Assembly: GCA_046290465.1 (NCBI GenBank)
Contig: JBKAGP010000001.1
Location: forward strand, 4,192,001-4,256,000
Origin: Planctomycetota bacterium
Lineage (GTDB): Bacteria; Planctomycetota; UBA1135; UBA2386
Direction: 5' to 3'
DNA length: 64,000 bases
Positions within the stretch are counted from its first letter, which is position 1, and each line of letters starts with the position of its first letter. The translations under genes and the position numbers were made by a program. The notes beneath the pieces are model-generated. The model had not been told where the DNA came from and ran no database searches. It saw nothing but the letters and a program-made list of their open reading frames with translations. Shown piece by piece: positions 9,979 to 21,740 of this stretch.

Positions 9979-11697
9979 ATGGTGGCCCACAAACCCGACC
10001 TCGACGCACACAACTCCACCCCACGATCCCCGAACCCGAGTTCCGTAAACCCGAGTTCCCGAAACCCGGGTCCGCGAAACCCGAGTGCCCAGGGCCCCAA
10101 CTCCTCGAACGGTGCGCAGCCTGGAGCTGCCAACACCGAAACCCTGAAGAAGCTGCTCGACCACCTGGTCGTGCACGTCCGCCGCGAGCAACTCGAGACC
10201 TGGTTCCGGTCTCTGGTCGTCGTGCGGGCCGAGGAGTCCGAAGTCGAATTGTCGGTCACCAGCCAGTTCGTCCGCGACTGGCTCGCCAAGAACTACCTCG
10301 CCGAACTGCAGGCGGCCGTCGACTCGGCCACCGGCTTTTCGAAGCACGCCGGCGCGACCGCCGGGCGCCGCCGTCTGATCCTCACGCACCGCGCCGAGGA
10401 CGGTCAGGACAGCCTGCGCCTGGTGCAGCCGTCGCCGACCGAGGAGATCGAGCGCCTGATGCGCGCGAGCGGCGCCTACGAAGGCGACGCCAACCGCGTG
10501 TCGTCGGCGAGTCCTTCTGCGACTCCTGCTGCTGGTCACCCGGCCGCCGGCAACTCCAACCCGGACGTGCGCACGATGGACGGCACGGCGATCCCGCCGC
10601 AGACGCGGACCTCGGCCAACGTGCCGGCCGCTCCCAGGGACGCCGCCGGTTCGAAGCGCCGCCTCGGCAACCCGCTCAACCCCAACTACACGTTCGACCG
10701 CTTCGTGGTCGGGCCGTGCAACCGCCTCGCGCACGCCTCGGCGCTGGCGATCGGCGAGAACCCGGGCCACGCCTACAACCCGCTGTTCGTGCACGGCAAC
10801 GTCGGCCTCGGCAAGACCCACCTGCTGCAGGCCATCTGCCACACGGTGCTGCGCCGCGACCCGAACGCCCGCGTGCTCTACATGAGCTGCGAGGACTTCA
10901 CCAACAGCTACATCCAGGCGATCCAGGCGCACGAGATCGACACGTTCCGCGACTACCACCGCGGCGCCGACGTGCTCGTCATCGATGACGTGCAGTTCCT
11001 CGCCAACAAGGAGAAGACCCAGGACGAGTTCTTCCACACGTTCAACGCGCTGTTCGACGGACAGCGCCAGATCGTGCTGTCGTCGGACCGGCCGCCGGTC
11101 GAGATCCCGACGATCGAAGAACGCCTGGTCAGCCGCTTCAAGTGGGGCCTGGTCGCCGAGGTCGAGACGCCGTGCGTCGACACCAGGAAGGCGATCGTCA
11201 GCCACAAGGCCGCCGGTCGCGGCGTCGACCTGCCGGACGACGTCGCGCAGTTCCTGGCCGAGCGCGTCACGTCGAACATCCGCGAGCTCGAAGGCGCGGT
11301 CATCAAGGTGGTCGGCTTCGCCGCGATCACCGACCAGCCGATCACGCTGGCGCTCGCCGAGAGCTGCCTGCGCGGCATGCCGATGCGTCGCGCCCAGGTC
11401 ACGGCCGAAGAGATCATGAGCCTGATCACCAGCGACTTCGCCATCACGGCGCGCGAGCTGATCGGCAAGAGCCGCACGCAGTCGGTCAGCCTGCCGCGAC
11501 AGATCGCGATGTTCCTGCTGCGTGAGCACACCGAGAACTCCCTCGAGGACATCGGCAAGATCTTCGGCAACCGCGACCACACCACGGTCATCTACGCGGT
11601 CAACAAGATCCGTGAGCGCTCGCAGAAGGACCGCATGTTCAAGGAGACGCTCGACGGTCTGAGCAGTCGCCTGATGACGCGCTCGTTCCGCTCCTGA
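9979..11697 (+). CDS. dnaA: Chromosomal replication initiator DnaA
   Basis: LNPNYTFDRFVVGPCN, YNPLFVHGNVGLGKTHLL, IDDVQF, NIRELEGA, RDHTTV; ATG 9979 chosen as start, exact start uncertain. Confidence 0.96.
   Translation: MVAHKPDLDAHNSTPRSPNPSSVNPSSRNPGPRNPSAQGPNSSNGAQPGAANTETLKKLLDHLVVHVRREQLETWFRSLVVVRAEESEVELSVTSQFVRDWLAKNYLAELQAAVDSATGFSKHAGATAGRRRLILTHRAEDGQDSLRLVQPSPTEEIERLMRASGAYEGDANRVSSASPSATPAAGHPAAGNSNPDVRTMDGTAIPPQTRTSANVPAAPRDAAGSKRRLGNPLNPNYTFDRFVVGPCNRLAHASALAIGENPGHAYNPLFVHGNVGLGKTHLLQAICHTVLRRDPNARVLYMSCEDFTNSYIQAIQAHEIDTFRDYHRGADVLVIDDVQFLANKEKTQDEFFHTFNALFDGQRQIVLSSDRPPVEIPTIEERLVSRFKWGLVAEVETPCVDTRKAIVSHKAAGRGVDLPDDVAQFLAERVTSNIRELEGAVIKVVGFAAITDQPITLALAESCLRGMPMRRAQVTAEEIMSLITSDFAITARELIGKSRTQSVSLPRQIAMFLLREHTENSLEDIGKIFGNRDHTTVIYAVNKIRERSQKDRMFKETLDGLSSRLMTRSFRS
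10033..10092 (+). repeat. 15-bp tandem repeat x4 in the dnaA 5' region (NPSSV/NPSSR/NPGPR/NPSAQ)
   Basis: aacccgagttccgta aacccgagttcccga aacccgggtccgcga aacccgagtgcccag. Confidence 0.85.
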
Positions 11698-12243
11698 TCG
11701 CCGATCGGCGGACGGGTCTCTTGAGGCTCGCCCCTCGCAGGGGAGGATCCGCCGTCGCGCCCCCGAAGCCCATCGGATGCGGCGTGGTGCGGCAATCTCT
11801 TGACGCCTTGGGGCTCGCCGACGAGCCGCGTAGCACCACCGGAAACGAAGCCGTCACGAGACCCGTGCAAACGCTCCGGACTCGTTTTGGAGCCTCCGCG
11901 GACAACCCTGGACGCTTGTCCGCAGGTCTGGCGACGACCCCCGTCGACTCTCCCCGTGGGGGGAACCGCTCGAACTCTCCGAGCACGTTTTCCGATCGCT
12001 TTTCAACAACCGAGATCGCAGGGAAACAGGGCTTTCGCGTCGATCCTGAGGGGTTTGGCGGCTATCCTCCTCAGACTCGTGACGGCACGGGTGAGTGAGT
12101 AAGAGAGAGAATTCTCTACCTAAGAACACTCACCCCGTGTCGCGCGCGATCGGCCAGGCTCGGAGCTGGCTTCACGAACCAGAACCAGGACGTGAAGCAC
12201 GAGTCGGGTCCCACCTGCATCTGAGTTCTCTGACCTGCTAACG
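11698..12243. other. Probable oriC (dnaA-dnaN intergenic region)
   Basis: Position; lower GC; DnaA-box-like CGCGGACAA 11897-11905, TTGTCCGCA 11916-11924, TTTTCAACA 12000-12008; AT-richer palindromic tract about 12089-12135. Confidence 0.6.
11712..11866. ncRNA. Putative structured RNA/DNA element of unknown family
   Basis: Near-perfect outer inverted repeat (11712-11730 with 11846-11866) enclosing nested stems. Confidence 0.35.
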
Positions 12244-13347
12244 ATGAAAATCCTCTGCGATCGAGCGGCGTTGCTGGAAGCCGTCAGCGTCGTGTCCTCG
12301 GTGGTCCCGTCGAAGACCACCAAGCCGATCCTGCAGAACGTCCTGCTGCGCGCCGACAGCGAAGGCATCTCGCTGTTCGCCACCGACCTCGAGATGGCGG
12401 CGAAGGTCCGCCTCGACTCGGTCAAGGTCAGCAAGGAAGGTTCGGTGTTGCTGCCGGGCAAGGAGACCGCCGCGCTGCTGCGCGAGCTCAGCGACCCGAC
12501 GGTGACGTTCGAGAGCTCCGACCTGCGTTGCCGCATCGACAGCGGCGGCGGTTCGTTCGTGCTGCTCGGCGAGGATCCGGAGCAGTTCCCGGCCGAGGCT
12601 TCGGTCGCCTCGGGCAAGAAGCTCGATATCCCGTCCGGTGTGCTGCTCAGGATGATCCAGGAGACGATGTTCGCGGCGGCCCGGGAGGAGACCCGCTACG
12701 CGATCAACGGCGTTCTGGTGGACGTTGGCGGCGGCTGTGTGCGTCTGGTGGCGACGGACGGTCGTCGACTGGCGATCAGCTACCAGAACGACGTGCACTC
12801 CGAGGACGACGTCGCCTTCAAGGCGGTCGTGCCGCTGCGGGCACTGCAGACGCTGGCGCGCGCGCTCACCGACGAGAGCAAGGAGAACCTGAGCATCGCG
12901 GTCGGCGACAAGCAGATCGTGTTCACGACCGGCCAGATGCAGCTCGTCAGCCAGCTGCTCGACACGCGCTTCCCCGACTACGAAGGCGTCATGCCCAAGG
13001 CCGCCGACACCACCGTCGAGGTGCAGAAGGCCGTGCTCGAAGGGGCGCTGCGCCGCGCCGCGATCCTGTGTTCGGCCGACATGCGCATGGTGCGCTTCGA
13101 CGTCGGCGACCAGCAGATGAAGATGACCGCCGAGAGCTCGGCCCGCGGCCGCGCCGACATCGCGATCGACGCGGTGGTCAAGGGGGCCGGCGGCAACATC
13201 AACTTCAACCCGGACTACATCCTCGAGGCGCTGCGGCAGTGCGACCTCGAGCAGGTGCGTCTGGACATGTCGGACGACTCGATGCCGGCCAAGTTCACGC
13301 TGGGCGAGTCGTTCACCTACGTCGTCATGCCGATCAGCGGCGCCTGA
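12244..13347 (+). CDS. dnaN: DNA polymerase III beta clamp
   Basis: KPILQNVLL, ATDLE, ETRYAINGV, VATDGRRLA, FPDYE, FNPDY, YVVMP. Confidence 0.97.
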   Translation: MKILCDRAALLEAVSVVSSVVPSKTTKPILQNVLLRADSEGISLFATDLEMAAKVRLDSVKVSKEGSVLLPGKETAALLRELSDPTVTFESSDLRCRIDSGGGSFVLLGEDPEQFPAEASVASGKKLDIPSGVLLRMIQETMFAAAREETRYAINGVLVDVGGGCVRLVATDGRRLAISYQNDVHSEDDVAFKAVVPLRALQTLARALTDESKENLSIAVGDKQIVFTTGQMQLVSQLLDTRFPDYEGVMPKAADTTVEVQKAVLEGALRRAAILCSADMRMVRFDVGDQQMKMTAESSARGRADIAIDAVVKGAGGNINFNPDYILEALRQCDLEQVRLDMSDDSMPAKFTLGESFTYVVMPISGA

Positions 13348-13361
13348 TCGGTAGCCCACCC

Positions 13362-13679
13362 GTGAAGCGACCCAACGGATCCGACCCGCTGCCGATCGGC
13401 GACTTCCTCAAGGACATCGTCAAGCAGGCTGGTTCCGGCAGGTCGCGACGGGTCTACCTCGACGCGCTCGAACAGATCCTCGGACCCGAACTCTCGCCCC
13501 ACTGCCAGATCCTGAGCTGCCGCAAGGGCCGACTCGTCGTCGAGCTCGATTCGGCGCCGCTCTACGCCGAACTGAGCGGCTTCCGCAGGGAAGAGCTCCG
13601 CAACCGCATCAACGAACTCGTCCCGGACCAACCGATCGCCGACCTGGCCTTCCGTCTGGGCGGCACGGGACACGCCTGA
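13362..13679 (+). CDS. dciA: DciA/DUF721 family protein
   Basis: PLPIGDFL...GRLVVELDS..Y.EL...I..LAFRLG pattern; typical position between dnaN and gyrB; GTG start inferred. Confidence 0.7.
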   Translation: MKRPNGSDPLPIGDFLKDIVKQAGSGRSRRVYLDALEQILGPELSPHCQILSCRKGRLVVELDSAPLYAELSGFRREELRNRINELVPDQPIADLAFRLGGTGHA

Positions 13680-16220
<2,541 letters not shown>

Positions 16221-16247
16221 GGCACGACACACACCGGGGGACGTCTG

Positions 16248-16679
16248 ATGTCCGATTCGCTACGGCCGTTCCACTTTGCGTTTCCGGTCGACGACCTCGA
16301 AGCGTCGCGTCGCTTCTACGTCGACGTGCTCGGCTGCGGCGTCGGCCGGTCCAGCGACCGCTGGATCGACTTCGACCTGTTCGGCCACCAGGTCGTCGCG
16401 CACCTGGTCGACCGCTCGGAGCTGCCGCCGAGCAACGTCAATCCGGTCGACGGCGACCATGTCCCGGTGCCCCACTTCGGCGTCGTGCTCGAGTGGCAGC
16501 GCTGGCACGACTTTGCCGACCACCTGCGCGAGCGCGGCGTCGCCTTCGTCCTCGAGCCGCGCGTGCGCTTCGAGGGCCAGCCCGGCGAGCAGGCGACGAT
16601 GTTCTTCCGCGACCCGGCCGGCAATGCGCTGGAGTTCAAGTCGTTCCGGGACCTCGGCCAGCTGTTCGCGCAGCAGTAG
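16248..16679 (+). CDS. VOC/glyoxalase family protein
   Basis: [32 protein letters not shown]. Confidence 0.88.
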   Translation: MSDSLRPFHFAFPVDDLEASRRFYVDVLGCGVGRSSDRWIDFDLFGHQVVAHLVDRSELPPSNVNPVDGDHVPVPHFGVVLEWQRWHDFADHLRERGVAFVLEPRVRFEGQPGEQATMFFRDPAGNALEFKSFRDLGQLFAQQ

Positions 16680-16703
16680 GAGCGCAGCGCGGCGCGCAGC
16701 CGC

Positions 16704-17444
16704 TCAGCGCTCGTCGGGTTCGCGGCGACGGAGCTGCTCGAGCTTGACCGTCAACGCGGCTCGCGCCCTCGACAGCAACATGCGGGTCGCCGCGATCGAG
16801 CGGCCGCTGGTCGTCGCGACCTCCTCGACCGGAACCCCACCGAACACGACCTGCTCGATGACGCCGCGATGTTCGTCGCGTAGCTCGCCGAGCGCGCGGT
16901 AGACCAGCTCGACGTCCTCCTGCCGCTGCAGCTGCGACAACGGCGATGTGGTCGTGCGCAGGTAGGCGAGCGTCAGTGCATCGAGCTCGGTCGTGCGGCT
17001 CGGCGGCTTGCGCTTCTTGGCGGTCAGGAACCGGTGCTGCCGGCGTGCGGTGTTCTCGATGATGGTCGTGATCCACGAGTAGAACTCGGCCTCGCTGGAT
17101 CCCTCGAAGTTCGGCGCCTGACGAACGACCTCGACGTAGGCGTCCTGCAGCACGTCGGACACCCGGGTCCGGCCGCGCAGCGCATCGCCGACGCGTCGTT
17201 CGCCGTCCTGGCGGAAGCGGCTCTGCAGGCGGGTCAGCAGGCGATCGAGGGCCTGGTGGTCGCCGTTGCGAACGCGCTGCAGGTCGAGCAGGAACGCATC
17301 GCCCTCACCAGGGTCGATCGGATCGGGGCCTGCGGGATTGGGGCCTGTCGGATCAGAACCTGTCGGATCAGAGTTTGCCGGATCGGAGTCTGCCGGATCG
17401 GGGCCTGCCGGATCGGGACCTGTCGGATCGCGCGTCTCGTTCAT
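16704..17444 (-). CDS. ECF sigma-70 factor (planctomycete kinase-associated type)
   Basis: Region 2 SDVLQDAY...FYSWI; region 4 EEVA...SIAATRMLLSRARAAL; N-terminal DP repeats. Confidence 0.8.
   Translation of the reverse strand: MNETRDPTGPDPAGPDPADSDPANSDPTGSDPTGPNPAGPDPIDPGEGDAFLLDLQRVRNGDHQALDRLLTRLQSRFRQDGERRVGDALRGRTRVSDVLQDAYVEVVRQAPNFEGSSEAEFYSWITTIIENTARRQHRFLTAKKRKPPSRTTELDALTLAYLRTTTSPLSQLQRQEDVELVYRALGELRDEHRGVIEQVVFGGVPVEEVATTSGRSIAATRMLLSRARAALTVKLEQLRRREPDER
17320..17430 (-). repeat. 15-bp tandem repeat x7.4 encoding DPxxx pentapeptides at the sigma factor N-terminus
   Basis: Units such as ggatcggggcctgcc and ggatcagaacctgtc on the + strand. Confidence 0.9.
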
Positions 17445-17626
17445 GTGCTCGTTGCATGGCGCGGCTGCGCTCGCCATCTCCCGCGCAGGTTAGGATCGCA
17501 TCCGTTCGGGGTCTTCGACAAGTCCCACCGACGCTCGACGCAATTTGGAGAGATGGTGCGTTATGTCACCGAACGACCTGCACCCTGGTGACGGCTCGTC
17601 GTGAGCCGCCATACAGAGGAAACCGT

Positions 17627-18772
17627 ATGAACCGCAAACCGTCGCCACGGCTCGCCGCCGTTCTCTTCACCGTCACGCTGCTCGCCGCACTGCTGCCGGC
17701 CCAGTCCTACCCCTCGTTGGTGATCGACGACGAGAGCAGCCAGCCGGTGCTCGAGTTCGACCTTGGCAACCCGACCGGAACCGGCGAGGGCGCTCGTCGG
17801 GCGATGCTGGTCTGCTACGTCGACATCATCGGCGACAGCGGGGGCCTGGCCGTGTTGATCAAGAAGTCGCTGGGCGCCGTCAGCACCTACCAGAGCCCGC
17901 CGACCACCGACCTGACGTCGTTCGTCGTGCCGGGCGCCGAGATCGTCGCCGGCGGGCTCCCCGTCAACGAGGTCTACACCGTGCCGCCGTCGGTGATCGC
18001 GCACGCGCTCGCCGAGATCGAATGGGCCTCGCTGGGAGGCTACGCCAAGACGTTCGGTGCGCCGATGACCTGGGACGCGACCGGCATGACCGGAGCCAAC
18101 GGCCTGCCGTGGGGCTCGTTCACGCACGGCACGTCGACGACCATGTTCGATATCGAAGGGCTGGTCCGAGCCTGCCTGGCCCGCCAGATCCACTACGCCA
18201 GCGGTCTTGCCATCGATCATGTCACCGTGCTCTCGCAGGTGGAGGCGATCGTCAGCACCTGCCGGACCGAAGCGCAGGACATCGCCCTCAACGCGGTCGT
18301 CGTCGAACTGCAGAACGGCGACGTCAACGATCCGCCGACGCCGTTGCGCATCAAGCTGTCGCGCAAGCGACGCGTCACGCTGCAGATCCCCGGTGCCGGT
18401 GGCACCACCAACGGCGCCTACGACGGCTTCTACCACTTCAACTACATCTACCCGGTGCACCAGGGTTCGACGCTCAAGGCGGAGCTGTTCGCGCAGCCCG
18501 AGGTCGGGCCCTACGAGTTCTTCCTGCCGACGGCTGCTGGATACATCGCCGTGCCCGCGACCCTGCACTCGCTGACGCCGCCGGGATACACCGACGCGAT
18601 CTTCTGGCTCGAGGCCACCGTGCCCGCCGGGGTCATCACGGGTCCGTTCGCGTGTTGGAACCTCAGCACGAGCCAATACCTGACGATGCAGGGCCTCAGT
18701 GGTGCAACCACCAGCTGCCACGTCTTCCACTCGCCGCACTCGGTGGCGTTCGTCCCGTTCGACCTCCCCTGA
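17627..18772 (+). CDS. Secreted hypothetical protein (possible Ig/IPT-like C-terminal module)
   Basis: AGAGGA RBS; signal peptide ...LLAALLPAQ; LEATVPAGVITGPF. Confidence 0.7.
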   Translation: MNRKPSPRLAAVLFTVTLLAALLPAQSYPSLVIDDESSQPVLEFDLGNPTGTGEGARRAMLVCYVDIIGDSGGLAVLIKKSLGAVSTYQSPPTTDLTSFVVPGAEIVAGGLPVNEVYTVPPSVIAHALAEIEWASLGGYAKTFGAPMTWDATGMTGANGLPWGSFTHGTSTTMFDIEGLVRACLARQIHYASGLAIDHVTVLSQVEAIVSTCRTEAQDIALNAVVVELQNGDVNDPPTPLRIKLSRKRRVTLQIPGAGGTTNGAYDGFYHFNYIYPVHQGSTLKAELFAQPEVGPYEFFLPTAAGYIAVPATLHSLTPPGYTDAIFWLEATVPAGVITGPFACWNLSTSQYLTMQGLSGATTSCHVFHSPHSVAFVPFDLP

Positions 18773-18799
18773 CCGGGGCCGTCACCAGGTCCGCATCGA

Positions 18800-21598
18800 A
18801 TGCACGATTCTTCGTCCGACGCCGACGACCCTCGGCTCGAGGCCGTGCTCGCACGGTGGTTCGAGCAGCACTACCAGGGTGCTGTTCCGGACCTGCTCGA
18901 ACTGTGTGACGGGGACCGGCAGCTGGCCGAGCGCGTCGGCGGGATGTTGGACCGACAGCAGGATCTGCTGGATCCGGTCGAGTCCCGCCAGATCCGTCGC
19001 CCGCTGCCGTTCGACCGCCTCGGCGACTACGAACTGAAGTCGCGGATCGGTGCCGGCGGCATGGGCGAGGTCTACCTCGCGCGCGAGGTCGCGCTCGATC
19101 GCATGGTGGCGCTCAAGGTGCTGCGCCGCGAGTTCGCCACGGACTCGATCCGACGACTCCGATTCCGCCGCGAAGCGCTGCTGATGGCCGCCCTGGACCA
19201 TCCGGGGATCGTGCCGATCTACGGCTCCGGCGAGGACCAGGGCTACGTGTTCCTCGCGATGAAGCTGCTGCCCGGCACGACCATGGATCGCGTCGGCGGC
19301 ACCTTCGAGCCACGGCGCATGGCGAAGATCGGCGCGCAGCTGGCGCGGGCGCTGCACGCCGCGCACGAGGTCGAGATCGTGCACCGGGACATCAAGCCCG
19401 GCAACGTGCAGATCGACGGCGACGACGCCTGGGTGCTCGACTTCGGCCTCGCGCGTGGTCGCATCGACATGACGCTGACCAGCGAGGGCGAGGCGCCCGG
19501 CACGCTCGCCTACATGCCGCCCGAACAGCTGCGCGGCGACGGTTCGGGCTTCGACCCCCGCGGGGACATCTACTCGCTCGGCGCAACGCTCTATCACGGC
19601 GTCGCCGGCGTGCCGCCGTTCGACGAGGACACGCCCGAGGCGTTGGTGCGCACGGTCCTGCTGCAGGATCCGCGCCGCGTCTGCGATCAGCTCAAGGACC
19701 GCGACTTCGACACGATCCTGCAGCGCGCGCTCGAGAAGCAGCCGACGCGTCGCTTCCCGACCGCGCTCGCATTCGCCGAGGATCTCGAACGGTTCGCCGC
19801 TGGCGAGCCGATCGAATCGCGCCCGCCGAGCGCGCTGTCGCGCGGGCTGAAGCTGGTGCGGCGCCACCGGGTCGTCGCCGCCTCGCTGTTGGCCGCCATG
19901 CTGGTCGCGGTGGTGCTGGTGCCGCAGCTGTGGCGCAACGCCCGCGAACGGGCCGCGCAGCTCGATCGTCGCTTCGCCGTGGTGCAGAGCGCGATCGACG
20001 ACGAACGACCGGCGGTGGCGCTGCGACGGTTGCGTGAGTTGCGCCAGGACGACGGCGTGCGCGCCAGCGTGCGGTTCGCGGCGGCGTGGCGGCTCGCCGA
20101 GGCGACGCTGCGGCGCGATGCGATGCTCGATCGCATCCAACTCGACTGCGTCTATCGGGGCAGCGTGCTCGACGAGGAGTTTCCGGCCGCCCTGCAGGAC
20201 CTTCCGGATGCTCTGCGCGAGCAACCGATGACCCTTCTCGCCATGGCCTTCGTCCAGCGCGAACGGGGGGACGCGGCCGCGTCCACGCGGCTCGCCCACC
20301 GTCTCGGTGCCACCGGCGCGTGCCCGCGCCTGGTCGCCGCGCTGCTCGCCGAACGCGAGGGCCGGGACCCCGTCACGGCCGCGACGGCCGCGCCGACCGG
20401 CACGCGTCCGGTCGACGACCATGTGTTCACGGCGGTCCTGCTGCGGCTCGTCGACGCTCCCCAAACCGCCGTCGACGCCGAGATCGAAGCGGCGTTGGCC
20501 AGCGACGACGAACATCCGCGCGCGCGGCTGATGGTCGGGGTCCGCCACTGGATCGCTCGCGACACGCGGCGGGCAGCCGAGGTCTTCACGCTGCTGCTCG
20601 ATCGCGACCGGCCGCGCGCGGAGCTGCACGTGATGATGGCCCAGATGGCCAACCATGACGGTGAGCCCGAGCGCGCGCGCAGCCACCTCGATCGGGCCCG
20701 ACGGGCTCTGGCCGAGACCGGTCGGGAGCCCAACCGGTGGCTCGCCCAGGCCGACTGCACCTGCGAGACGATCCTCGGTCGTCACGATCGGGCCGAGGAG
20801 TTGTTGGACCGGGCGCGCCAACGGTTCGGCGAGGACGAGTGGTTCGCGCTGGGTCGCGCGCACCTGCTGCTCGAACGCGAACGCTACCAACAGGCCTACG
20901 AACTGCTCGCGCGCCTGGCGACCTCCGCCGAGGTCCCGTGGAACCGCAGGCGGGCGCAGTCGTCGATGCTGCAGCTCGAGGTCGATGCGGCCGGGGACGA
21001 GCTGACGCCTGCACGTCTTCAGCAGCTGTTGGAACGCGCCGAGGACCTGTGCGCGCGCGCCGCCGCAGTGCGCGACCTCGGCACCGTGGTCGAATCCTCG
21101 ATGGTCCGCGCCGGGCTGTGCTACGCGATGTACGAAGCCACCATGGCGGCTGGCGATGCCGACCTGGCATCGGACTGGGAGCAGCGCTACTGGACGTCGC
21201 TCGAGCGGGTCGTGGCCATCGACGACCTGCACGTCGACGCGACGTTCGACATGGCGCAGCACGTCGCCAACCAGGTGTTGGCGTTCGAGTCCGGCCAGGG
21301 CAGCGCGCTCCTGGTCGGCGATCGTGCATTCGCGGCGCGGCGGCGTGCCGCCGAGCTGGTCCGACGTGCGCGCAGCGATGTCCGGCCGCCGACGCACCAG
21401 CTCGAACTCGCCGCGTTCGCGGCCCTGCTCAGCGCCGCGGTCGGGGACCGGCAGATGGCGATCGAGATGGGGGCGATCGCCCAGCACCTGCAGCGCGACG
21501 ACGACGACGGGGATCGGGCGCTGCAGATCCGCGCGCTGCTGGACCGCGCCCTCGCCTACCTGGGTCGCAGCGACTGGCCGGAGCCGCGCGACGGGTAG
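18800..21598 (+). CDS. Membrane Ser/Thr protein kinase with helical (TPR-like) C-terminal region
   Basis: IGAGGMGEV, VALK, HRDIKPGN, DFG, GTLAYMPPE, DIYSLG; TM segment VVAASLLAAMLVAVVLV. Confidence 0.92.
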   Translation: MHDSSSDADDPRLEAVLARWFEQHYQGAVPDLLELCDGDRQLAERVGGMLDRQQDLLDPVESRQIRRPLPFDRLGDYELKSRIGAGGMGEVYLAREVALDRMVALKVLRREFATDSIRRLRFRREALLMAALDHPGIVPIYGSGEDQGYVFLAMKLLPGTTMDRVGGTFEPRRMAKIGAQLARALHAAHEVEIVHRDIKPGNVQIDGDDAWVLDFGLARGRIDMTLTSEGEAPGTLAYMPPEQLRGDGSGFDPRGDIYSLGATLYHGVAGVPPFDEDTPEALVRTVLLQDPRRVCDQLKDRDFDTILQRALEKQPTRRFPTALAFAEDLERFAAGEPIESRPPSALSRGLKLVRRHRVVAASLLAAMLVAVVLVPQLWRNARERAAQLDRRFAVVQSAIDDERPAVALRRLRELRQDDGVRASVRFAAAWRLAEATLRRDAMLDRIQLDCVYRGSVLDEEFPAALQDLPDALREQPMTLLAMAFVQRERGDAAASTRLAHRLGATGACPRLVAALLAEREGRDPVTAATAAPTGTRPVDDHVFTAVLLRLVDAPQTAVDAEIEAALASDDEHPRARLMVGVRHWIARDTRRAAEVFTLLLDRDRPRAELHVMMAQMANHDGEPERARSHLDRARRALAETGREPNRWLAQADCTCETILGRHDRAEELLDRARQRFGEDEWFALGRAHLLLERERYQQAYELLARLATSAEVPWNRRRAQSSMLQLEVDAAGDELTPARLQQLLERAEDLCARAAAVRDLGTVVESSMVRAGLCYAMYEATMAAGDADLASDWEQRYWTSLERVVAIDDLHVDATFDMAQHVANQVLAFESGQGSALLVGDRAFAARRRAAELVRRARSDVRPPTHQLELAAFAALLSAAVGDRQMAIEMGAIAQHLQRDDDDGDRALQIRALLDRALAYLGRSDWPEPRDG

Positions 21599-21740
21599 CG
21601 AAGCAGCCGTTCTCGAAAGCGCCCGTTATCGGCGATCGGGGATGGCACCTCTGTTGGTGGGACCCGCGTCGACGTGATGCGGCGACCACCTCCTGAGCCG
21701 GGCGCACCGAGGCCGGCTCGATCCCTTGCAGAGGTCCATC

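Noticed and set aside
5592..12243. parS sites near parA/oriC
   Set aside because: No match to TGTTTCACGTGAAACA found by eye
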